This document shows, in pieces, positions 37,339-46,052 of a DNA stretch of 46,052 bases (position 1 is its first letter; each line of letters begins with the position of its first letter). Source of the DNA: Nemertoderma westbladi (Eukaryota; Animalia; Xenacoelomorpha). The notes beneath the pieces are model-generated. The model was not told where the DNA came from. It saw only the letters and a program-made list of their open reading frames with translations, and made no database searches. The position numbers and the translations under genes are program-made. The DNA is taken from NCBI GenBank assembly GCA_032718475.1, contig JAUCBJ010001028.1, positions 1 through 46,052 of the forward strand, in the 5' to 3' direction.

Positions 37339-38392
37339 TAGGGGTGCACCGGATAGCATTTCTTGAATCCGGTCCGGATATCCGGACGGATTTTCCAGGT
37401 TGTACTTAATGACATATTTATAGACCCATTTTGCCTTGTCACCAGAGCTTAATTGAATATATCTGAATTGCGATATCTGTTTGCACCCTAATTCTGTAGG
37501 TTTAATCATTGCCATTCTCTTTGGAATATAAATCGAAGCTTTGCTTCTCAAATTTTCGTAAAGTACCGGTAATGGTACAGCGGTACATTGGGATTGGCAC
37601 CACCTAACTTCAGGATTCAGTTATCTTCTCGGTAGCTCGGTTCTCCAAGTTCGGAGACCTTCTAAATGAGTCTTCTTCCCCCCAAGAGGGGGGAAGAGGT
37701 CCTCTTTATTTAACATAACTTGATAAAGTTTGAAATAAATTTCAATTGATAAGAGTTTCAGTTGATATGATATCTTGATTTGAATTGAGTTATTATATGT
37801 TGGTTGATTTGAGCTGACCTTGATAGTATAATATAAAAAAATATATAATTCAGATTCCATTTTTGACTCTTTCGTAAAATTTATTAAATTAAATTAAATT
37901 AATTTTTATTATTTATTATTTTTTATTAAAGTAAAATTATCAAAAGAAAAACTGAGTATTAAAAATAAAAGCTATACAAAACATTGACATCAAAACAGAT
38001 CAGCCAGCAGTGAGTAGATGAAAATTTGCAGCATAAAACCAAAACTCTACAATTACATTATCACGTAAAAATGGCAAATGAAGGCAAAACTAGCTATGCT
38101 ACAGCTACTGCCGCCATTTGCCACATAAATATAAAAATAAATCAATACCATACAATAATTATAATAAAATTAAAACAAATTCAAATTCCTAAATAAACGT
38201 TTCACGTGATATACTGTATATATATATATATATGATAAAGAATTAAACGAGCTCTTTGAGCTCCATTGATTGATTGATTGACTTTACAAATTATCCGGGG
38301 TATCACCGCATGTTTCAACTATCTGCCCGGATTACCAAATAACATATATCTGGATATTGTCCAAAATCCGCCGGATATCCGGTGCACCCCTA
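37339..38392. mobile_element. Non-autonomous hAT-type element (1054 bp)
   Basis: TIR TAGGGGTGCACCGGATA...TATCCGGTGCACCCCTA; 8-bp TSD AATAACAT (37331-37338, 38393-38400); ccggat subterminal motifs. Confidence 0.9.
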
Positions 38393-38841
38393 AATAACAT
38401 ATTTATCTAACCAAAACAATAAACTACCGATATGTTGTTACCGATTGTTGGAAAGGAGCAGGTTACAGATACGGTTTTTTATAGGGCCTACACGATGTTG
38501 TTACCAATTCCAATTAAGGAAAAGGAGTAACTATAAATGAGGGGATAACTCGACCTTTTGGGAAGCCATTTAGATTCTTAGACTCGTTCGCCCCTTTGAG
38601 CTGAAACGAATTACAGAATTATAGGTAGGCCTATTCCATATTCAGCTAGTACTGTATTAGGCCTATACGTAAACTTACTAAACATGGCCAAGCTTTTGGC
38701 AAAGGCTACTTTAGCCTTTGCCCGATTAACAGTTTTTCTCCTGTAATATTTCACTGTTAAATAATAATAATAATAATAGGCCTAAACCAGTTGCCAGTAA
38801 AGTAAACCCACTAAAAATGTCCTGTTTAGCTGTTTACAACG

Positions 38842-38953
38842 AATTACAACGATCACGAATTTGTCTATTTTGATACTTTTCGACACGCAATAAAATTACA
38901 ACGATAACGAATTTGTCTATTTTGATACTTTTCGACACGCAATAAAATTACAA
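38842..38953. repeat. Tandem ~52-bp duplication
   Basis: aattacaacgat(c/a)acgaatttgtctattttgatacttttcgacacgcaataa occurs twice. Confidence 0.85.
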
Positions 38954-39241
38954 ACTGCATTGTCAATTTGTAGTAATTAATTTAAGTATTTGTAATTGTA
39001 TCACTGAACCTATGATGATCGTTGTCCTGTTGTCGTGTCACATATCTGCCTGTTTTTAATGCCCCAATTGTGTAACGTTATCAAAATTTGCCGGTTTTAT
39101 TTTAATGCTCTAAATATTTTACATATTTTTTATGATATATATTTATCATATATTTTACATATCTGCAAATCGCTTACTTGTCCGTTTTAATATCCAAAAT
39201 ATTTTACTTTATCACTAATTTGTCTGTATTTGGTGCATTAA

Positions 39242-41504
39242 CCTTCGTGTTATCCTCGGGTCATATTGACCCATTTCAATTTTCAATCGCAAAATATCAA
39301 TAGAAAAAATTTCTATTTTTGGCTAGAATTAATTGACTTTTATAAATTGTTTACGGTGAATCCAAATCTGATGTCGAATTGGGGGGGTCACTATTGGTTC
39401 ATGAAAAAATATACATTTACCTATTTATTATCCTTGGGTCATAATGACCCACACCCCTTGTCACTGTATTTTATAGGAAAATTCAAACAATACTGCTACC
39501 GGTATCGTTTAGACCAGACTGTTATGCCAATATTCTACTGCGAAAAATATTTTGCTATATATTTCTTATACTGAACTGAGCATTACGGTACTACAGTACT
39601 AACAACTAATATCTAGTAAATGTTAAATGGCGGATGGTGAATCTGGATGGAGTGATCTGGATGTGGAAGACAATGTATCTTCGTGTTCGGAAGAGTCAGG
39701 CAGCAGTGTATCCAGCAACTTTCTTGAATTTGAAATGTCAGATGTTGGGGACCAAGACAGCGATGACGAGATCAGTGATTGCGATACCATACCTGCCACT
39801 GACAGTACCATACCTGCCACTGTTAGTGCTATACCTGCCACTGTTAGTGCCATACCTGCCAACGTTGATGAATACTACACGTCGAAGAATGGCTCCATCA
39901 AGTGGAAGAAGACACCAGTGGCGATAGCTGGAAGAACACCTGACCGGAATATTATTCATGAAAGGCCCGGACCAACAAGGTATGCTACTTCACGATGCCA
40001 CGACATAGTTAGCTCATTCAGCGTGTTCTTTCATCCGTCAATGGATAAACTGGTCATTGATATGACAAACAAGAATGGCCTATATGTATTTGGGGATGCA
40101 TGGAAGCCGGTTGATCTTGTTGAATGGCAAGCATACATTGGAATCCTTTTGCTTGCTGGAGTATACCGGTCAAATGGTGAAGCCCTGCCATCCCTATGGG
40201 CAACTTCAACTGGGCGTTCCATATTTCGAGCAACAATGTCGCTCAAGCGTTTTTATCAGTTGAATCGTGTTGTCCGATATGATGATAAAGCGACCAGAAC
40301 AGCAAGAAGAGAACTCGATAAATTCGCTCCAATTCGGGAACTATGGGATAAGTTCATTGCTGTTTTGCCCTTAGCATATACACCATCCACCGATGTTTGT
40401 GTTGACGAGCAGCTAGTTGGTTTCCGTGGCCGATGTCCATTTCGGCAATATATTCCATCGAAACCAGTGAAATATGGTATCAAGTTCTGGGCAGTAACTG
40501 CGGGATCTTATGTTTACGGGATTCAGCCATATCTAGGAAAGCCAGAAGGAGCTCCCTCTGAAGTAAATCAGGGGAAGAGAGTCGTTCTTGAGCTCACACA
40601 AGGACTCAGGGGTCGCAATATCACCTGCGATAACTTTTTGACTTCCTACAATCTCTGTCAGGAACTCAAAAGGCGTCGGCAAACTCTCGTCGGAACGGTG
40701 AAAAAAAATAAAACTGAGCTACCTAAGGAATTTGTGACGCACAAAGGAAGAACTCCGCTGACAACGTTGTTTGGCCATACAGATGATACGACCATTGTCT
40801 CATATTGTCCTAAGAAGCGCAAGGTTGTGACTCTAATGAGTACAATGCACATGAATGCCGAGGTAATCGAAACTCGTAAAGATAAGAAGCCCGAAATTAT
40901 TCTCCATTATAATCGCGAGAAAGGAGGTGTTGACACTGCAGACAAGTGCACAGTTACTTATACAAGCAAGCGAATGACCAAGCGATGGCCAGTCGTGGTA
41001 TTCGCAAACATCCTTGATATAGCTGCGTACAATGCCTACATCATTTGGTCCGAGATAAATCCAAGCTGGTGCAAAGATATCAAGTTTCGTCGTCGTCTTT
41101 TTCTTGAACAACTCGGGAAGGATCTCATCAAAAGCCACATCGAGCGCCGGGAGGTCATGCCCCGAGATGAAGTGGCCACTCAAGTTGTTAGATCCATACA
41201 AGGCAGTGAATCTGGGCCTACAGTTTCTCAACCACGAGCTAAGTCTATCTCTGAGACGTCGAAGCGATCTCGATGTCATCTATGCTCAAAAAATGACAAT
41301 AAATATAACTTACAGTGCTGCAAATGCTCTAAATATGTTTGCAAGGCACATGCATTTGTTTTATGCAGTGATTGTAAATGATTGCGATAAGTGATTGTAA
41401 TGTAAATTTAGGTTAATTCTATATAATTTAAGGTAAATTGAAATTGGGTCACATATTGACCCAGAGGATCAAACATGATAATTTTTTTGAGGATAACACA
41501 AAGG
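39242..41504 (+). mobile_element. Full-length piggyBac transposon (2263 bp)
   Basis: TTAA at 39238-39241 and 41505-41508. 16-bp TIRs CCTTCGTGTTATCCTC / GAGGATAACACAAAGG (1 mismatch). Internal gggtca..tgaccc palindromes at both ends and at ~39436. Confidence 0.96.
39627..41381 (+). CDS. piggyBac transposase, 584 aa
   Basis: Acidic N-terminus; catalytic DDD (CVDEQ, TCDNF, GGVD); PSKPVKYGIK; C-terminal Cys-rich domain RCHLC...CCKCSKYVCKAH...CSDC. Confidence 0.96.
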   Translation: MADGESGWSDLDVEDNVSSCSEESGSSVSSNFLEFEMSDVGDQDSDDEISDCDTIPATDSTIPATVSAIPATVSAIPANVDEYYTSKNGSIKWKKTPVAIAGRTPDRNIIHERPGPTRYATSRCHDIVSSFSVFFHPSMDKLVIDMTNKNGLYVFGDAWKPVDLVEWQAYIGILLLAGVYRSNGEALPSLWATSTGRSIFRATMSLKRFYQLNRVVRYDDKATRTARRELDKFAPIRELWDKFIAVLPLAYTPSTDVCVDEQLVGFRGRCPFRQYIPSKPVKYGIKFWAVTAGSYVYGIQPYLGKPEGAPSEVNQGKRVVLELTQGLRGRNITCDNFLTSYNLCQELKRRRQTLVGTVKKNKTELPKEFVTHKGRTPLTTLFGHTDDTTIVSYCPKKRKVVTLMSTMHMNAEVIETRKDKKPEIILHYNREKGGVDTADKCTVTYTSKRMTKRWPVVVFANILDIAAYNAYIIWSEINPSWCKDIKFRRRLFLEQLGKDLIKSHIERREVMPRDEVATQVVRSIQGSESGPTVSQPRAKSISETSKRSRCHLCSKNDNKYNLQCCKCSKYVCKAHAFVLCSDCK

Positions 41505-41510
41505 TTAATT

Positions 41511-42103
41511 ATAAAGGGCATATATCCTTTAACCAGATAAACGATTGTGACTTATGTTAAAGTGGTTTGAAGTGAATCTAATGTTATTTGATAGACCCTA
41601 CATGAGTCAGCCTGTGTTCCTTTATATGTGACTAAAATCAGTGAAGATTGTCAGATTAGTGTGCAGTATTGTGCAGCATTGTGTATGAGTGAGTCTGTTA
41701 AAGAAGCAATTCCTAAAGAATGCGCCATATATGTGAATTATAATTAAGCCATATCGTTGTGAGTAGTTTAAGTCATAACTCTGTTTATATAGATAAAGCG
41801 CCACGTCCTAAAGGAACTGTTAATATTACCGAAGGTGAATAATATTGTCAGAGATTATATAATACTGTCAGTCGAATAATACATTAGGCTTACATAGCAA
41901 TAAAAATTAAACCGTCGAACCCAATCTCCCGGGAATATCCAGCGGGTGAATGGTCGCGCACGGATTGGTTTCGACTAGTGTAGTGAATCAAATACTTGTC
42001 ATAGACTAAAAAGCAGATTTATTATCTAGAAGACATCTCTAATTTGGCGGGTTAAACTGCCAAAGGTCTGAAAGCGCGAACATTAAAGGATATAGCTTCT
42101 TTA
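41511..42103 (+). ncRNA. Putative large structured RNA or structured repeat, copy 2
   Basis: Closing helix tatatcctttaa 41521-41532/ttaaaggatata 42083-42094; ccaatc/gattgg; gtcgaa/ttcgac; tttggcgg/ctgccaaa; pseudoknot tcgcgc 41954-41959/gcgcga 42074-42079. Confidence 0.6.
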
Positions 42104-42346
42104 TTGCAGTAAGCAATAAAGTCGAAAGTACCGGTCGACCGGTAACCAGTAGGCCTGACTGCCTGATCATCCGGACCGGTACCTACAGCAGTATTATTCG
42201 ATTTTGATAGTTATATACCGGTAGGCCTTAATAATTAATCAGGGAGGGCCCGCCCTGGTTTTTTATTGAGATTTTTACTTATTTCTGTCAAGTTTTATTT
42301 ATTTGTAGGCCAGTATTGAACAGAAGGCGTGTAAGCCTGATCAGAT

Positions 42347-42920
42347 TGTACAGACGATTTGTAGGCTGAGCTGTTGTCTGATTGCTGTTAAGTCCGAACG
42401 AGTTGCAGTGTGTGTAGAGCACTTGTCCGATTAAGTACGGTTAGGAAGTAGGGGCAGCCAATGCGGTAAGGTAATCCCCCAGCTAAAGAATAAGTCGCAC
42501 TACTGGGTTAGAGCGCATACTCCCTAATCATTTCGGAGTCTGCATGTCCTGTAATTTATTTAGGCTTGAGAGTAGTCTGCCATCGTTTGGTCTGTACTTT
42601 GTTTGTGTAGTCTGTACAGGTAGCGTATAATATCATTTAGATAATTTGTAGGCTGGATAGTTGTCTGTCTGTTATTAGGTCTGAACGGATTGCAGTGTGT
42701 GTAGAGCCCTTGTCCGATAAAGAACGGTTGGGAAGTTGGGGTAGCCATTGCTGTAAAGTAAACCCCCAATTAAAGAATAAGTCGTACTACTGGGTTAGAA
42801 CGCATACTACCTAACTATTTCGGAGTCTGCATGTCCTGTAGTTTATTTAGGCTTGATAGTAGTCTGTCAGTATTTAGTCTGCATTTTTGTTTGAGTGGTT
42901 TGTACGCGTAGCGTAATATT
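42347..42920 (+). repeat. Two diverged ~287-bp tandem units sharing motifs with the large structured repeat
   Basis: Units start at ~42357 and ~42644. Ordered motifs tttgtag, tgttgtctg, gcagtgt, taaagaat, aagtc, taga(g/a)cgc...gga..ctgc. Confidence 0.8.
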
Positions 42921-43854
42921 TATTATTCAGAGTTTATGCGATTATTCGCAACATTCATTCCCCAAGTTTGTTCCTACAGTAATTGTGTTTGTTATACATA
43001 CCGCTATAGTTAAATTAACCTCGGTACTACACGGGCTGCTTGGCGTAGGTAAAGACTGGTGATTTTGTGCATCGGTCACTCCAGCAGATGCCGTGGTTCT
43101 TTTAGCTGTTCAAGTATATTTAACTACTGATTATCTGTTATATAAGTACTCGTACCTAATTTAGGGTTTAGTGTACAGTACTTTCCGAAGTAATTATTGT
43201 AGACATTATATCTGTGTTGTAAAGTGGTTGATAGGCACATTCGATTAGCTCTATTAACTTCTAGGTAGGAACACTCCGTGATACATAACGTAGAACCTAC
43301 AGCGATACGGCTATAGGTCGTCAGGCGGTGGTATTTTCCTATCTGGACAACGCAGTGTATTTACTACTACTTATTATTTCAAATACCGTAGTACCCTGTC
43401 CGCTGTAATAACCAGTTTTCTAACCCTTTGTTAGGCTGGTTTGTAGACTTCTTGTAAAATTACCCTAAAAATTCGTATTTTGTGTTTTTTGTAAATTTTT
43501 GTGTTTATTTAGAGATTGTAATCTCACCCGAATTGTACGTAATTTGTAGTATTAAGTAACTTAGGTAAATTAGTATTATTTGTTTTAGTGTCCTGTACGT
43601 AACACTTCACTGAAAGCGCACCGCTTTGTGTAGTGATTACTCCCCAGAAATAATAACATTTATTTCAAACATTGACAAAACCCATTAAAACGGGTATATA
43701 TATATTATAAATCAAATCTAACGATTTATAAATCGTAGGCCTACCATACAACCATTAGGCCTCAATATCAGTTGGATTACTGCTCAAATAACGGTAATAA
43801 AGTAAGTAAAGTAACCAAGTAACCCTAAAGTAACAGAAATTCAATTATTTGAAA

Positions 43855-44110
43855 TAATTGATATACCGGTATTTACGATAGGCCTATTATCTTTATTTCT
43901 ATAAATCTAGGCTGAAATTATACCGGTACTTGTAATTAATTCTATTTCAGAATTATATATCCTACAAACTGTAAGCTGTATACCGGTATTCAGATAGGCC
44001 TATTATATATTTATATATATTTGTGCTAAAACTATACCGGTATTCTGTAATAAACCTAGTCTGTAATAATAGTTATATATACTATAAGCATACCGGTATT
44101 CTAATATATT
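43855..44110. repeat. Degenerate ~58-bp tandem repeat centred on ataccggta
   Basis: taccggta at ~43864, 43921, 43981, 44035 and 44091. Confidence 0.7.
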
Positions 44111-44234
44111 ATATATATCACGCTACACTGAGTAGCAGTAACGGTAATTAATTACTAGGCTAACAGGTAATACTGAGTTATTAGACTTACTCAGACTGTA
44201 ATACAGCAGTAGACATTCAACGGTATACATAGTC

Positions 44235-45956
44235 ATGTCTGATACTAAGCAGAACCTGTCAGACAGTTTATTAGATGTAACTATCTGCGACTCAGATAGA
44301 GACGTACAACCGTCTGGTCGTAAATCCAGTTCACCTCCCACTGTGAGGAAGGTCATCCCTCCAGTAGTAATAACAGAACCTAGGCTAGTCCAACATCGTA
44401 GGTCTATCATAGGCACTCGAGCTCAGGTCAAGCGGGACCAAAAGGCAGCGGAACAGCAACAACCCGCTAGTCAAGAACTTATTCCTCAGCGGCCCAGCAG
44501 CTCCAGTAGTGAGGATACTGTAGAGCTGACACCCGAGAGCGGAGCAGAGATGACGGATGCGGTTTATACGGATCCCCTTCTCATCCTTCCTGCAGCCGTG
44601 CTCGCTGGGTTATTGATCGCGGTGGAAGAACACCAGATCGATTGGGCGAGAAGTCAACGGTCAACTAGAGATAGCTACGCGGGCTACACTAGTGAAGAAC
44701 TGAAGTCTATTGTCGAGTCGCAATGGAACTTCCCCGGACCCGGACTCCCGTTTGATTTATCAGAAGCTGCCTGGGAAGACATACACAGGATGGGAGTAGC
44801 CAAGGAAACCATCGATCCAGCTGTGTGGAAGAGGTCCGCAGCCGGATACGCACAGGGATTCTTCAGCTCTATGGAGCGAATAGAAAAGCAACTTTTTCAA
44901 CAACCTCAAGGACCTCAAGAGCAGGGATCGCTGCTTTATCAAGTTAGAGAAAGAGTTCTGCGGATTAGGCTAATCTTATCCGCCTTTGAGGAGGCTTCTA
45001 AAAGAAAACAAGACACGTCGTTGCAAGTTGCCGTAAAGACTTGGTTTCAACGGGTGAGTCGCCAGGTTCAAGGAGCAGCTCAGTGGAAGGCTCAGTTGGA
45101 GGAGCGCTCAACCCATGGAGAATCAACAGACGCTACTTTTTCCCAAGTGGAAAGTGAAGCGACGGCAGAGAAACCGCATAAGAAGGATGCCATTGATATC
45201 TATCTGTCAGACTATCAGCGTTTTGTGGGAGATGAAGAGTTGAGGAGAAGGCTAGAGGGACTTAGCCCTAATAGCGAAGGAGCCAAACTTGTGTTAGATG
45301 CGATTGATGTGGATAGGTTAGCGGCGAACCAAGCTAAATTCGATGAACAACTCCGCATCGCTAGAGAAAGGGAAGAACAAGTAAGGAAAAAGCGTATAGA
45401 AGACAGAAAGATAGCAGCAGTGGCAGAGGCAGAAAGAAAAGCGGCAGCGGCAGAGGCAGAGGCAAAAGCGGCAGCGGCAGCGGCAAAAGCGGCAGCAGTG
45501 GCGGAAGCAGAACGAACAGCGGCAGCGGCAGAGGCAAAAGCGGCAGCGGCAGCGGCAAAAGCGGCAGCAGTGGCGGAAGCAGAACGAACAGCGGCAGCGG
45601 CAGAGGCAAAAGCGGCAGCAGCAGAGGCAAAAGCGGCAGCAGTGGCGGAAGTAGAACGAAAAGCGGCTGAAGAGATCATCCAACTGGAGTTGGAAAATCT
45701 TCAAGAGAAGCAAGACGACTTCAGTAAACAGTTAGCAGCTAGTAATATGCAGATGATGAGTCGATCTACTCCCAAAAGACAAGGGTATACCTCATCTGAG
45801 GAAGGCGATACCACCGACACTGAAGGCGGAAGAAATCGATCTCGCCTAAGCAGACGTAAAAGAACATTCCACCGGCAGAAATTACCTGATTTGCCTCCAG
45901 CTGTTAGAAGGCAACTAAATAACACTAACTTAGGTAGTACAGAGCCCACAGACTGA
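44235..45956 (+). CDS. Uninterrupted 573-aa hypothetical protein with Ala/Glu/Lys coiled-coil repeats, possibly a mobile-element ORF
   Basis: Long GC-richer ORF in an AT-rich context; repeated AAAVAEAERTAAAAEAK units; basic C-terminal patch; no catalytic or CCHC motif recognised. Confidence 0.7.
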   Translation: MSDTKQNLSDSLLDVTICDSDRDVQPSGRKSSSPPTVRKVIPPVVITEPRLVQHRRSIIGTRAQVKRDQKAAEQQQPASQELIPQRPSSSSSEDTVELTPESGAEMTDAVYTDPLLILPAAVLAGLLIAVEEHQIDWARSQRSTRDSYAGYTSEELKSIVESQWNFPGPGLPFDLSEAAWEDIHRMGVAKETIDPAVWKRSAAGYAQGFFSSMERIEKQLFQQPQGPQEQGSLLYQVRERVLRIRLILSAFEEASKRKQDTSLQVAVKTWFQRVSRQVQGAAQWKAQLEERSTHGESTDATFSQVESEATAEKPHKKDAIDIYLSDYQRFVGDEELRRRLEGLSPNSEGAKLVLDAIDVDRLAANQAKFDEQLRIAREREEQVRKKRIEDRKIAAVAEAERKAAAAEAEAKAAAAAAKAAAVAEAERTAAAAEAKAAAAAAKAAAVAEAERTAAAAEAKAAAAEAKAAAVAEVERKAAEEIIQLELENLQEKQDDFSKQLAASNMQMMSRSTPKRQGYTSSEEGDTTDTEGGRNRSRLSRRKRTFHRQKLPDLPPAVRRQLNNTNLGSTEPTD

Positions 45957-46052
45957 CAGACCAAATAATTAAAATAGAAAGACTCCCTACTATAGTAGAC
46001 GAGCCTGAAATAATTAGGCCTGTTCTTGAAATCACCCCTTCGGTGATAGACA

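Noticed and set aside
37668-37704. Strong hairpin tcttcccccc-aaga-ggggggaaga as a terminator or Helitron end
   Set aside because: It lies inside the hAT element, has no downstream CTRR end, and bacterial terminators are irrelevant here.
38679-38740. Candidate upstream exon of the DUF4476 gene (cag...ATG TTT A|gtaagt) containing an 11-bp hairpin
   Set aside because: Its open frame ends in phase 1, incompatible with the phase-0 acceptor at 37116; the phase-0 frame has a stop.
41511-42103. Group I or group II intron identity for the structured repeat (tcagagatta R-like, ttgcgac/ttgtgac start, aagccatatcg domain-V-like)
   Set aside because: No S element pairing downstream of the R-like motif, and no compact domain V/VI; the resemblance is too fragmentary.

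Overview
AT-rich, intron-containing eukaryotic DNA, most likely an invertebrate animal. The minus strand carries three tandem single-intron dihydropyrimidinase (DPYS) genes: copies A and B are complete, and only exon 1 of copy C lies in the window. It also carries an intronless AGXT2-type class-III aminotransferase, nested on the same strand inside an intron of a PROSER1-like DUF4476 gene. Two steps of reductive pyrimidine catabolism are therefore clustered, and the DPYS paralogs are homogenised except in short patches near the active site. The rest is repeat-rich: an apparently intact piggyBac (TTAA TSD, TIRs, 584-aa DDD transposase), two non-autonomous hAT elements with 8-bp TSDs, decayed RTE, L2-like and Gypsy remnants, tRNA-headed SINEs, a perfect 125-bp inverted repeat and minisatellites. 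The most unexpected signal is a ~590-nt non-coding repeat present twice (about 179-780 and 41511-42103). Its two diverged copies keep several stems, a closing helix and a pseudoknot through compensatory changes. Two shorter related units follow in tandem, upstream of an uninterrupted 573-aa orphan ORF. All alignments and pairings were read by eye; no database searches were run.
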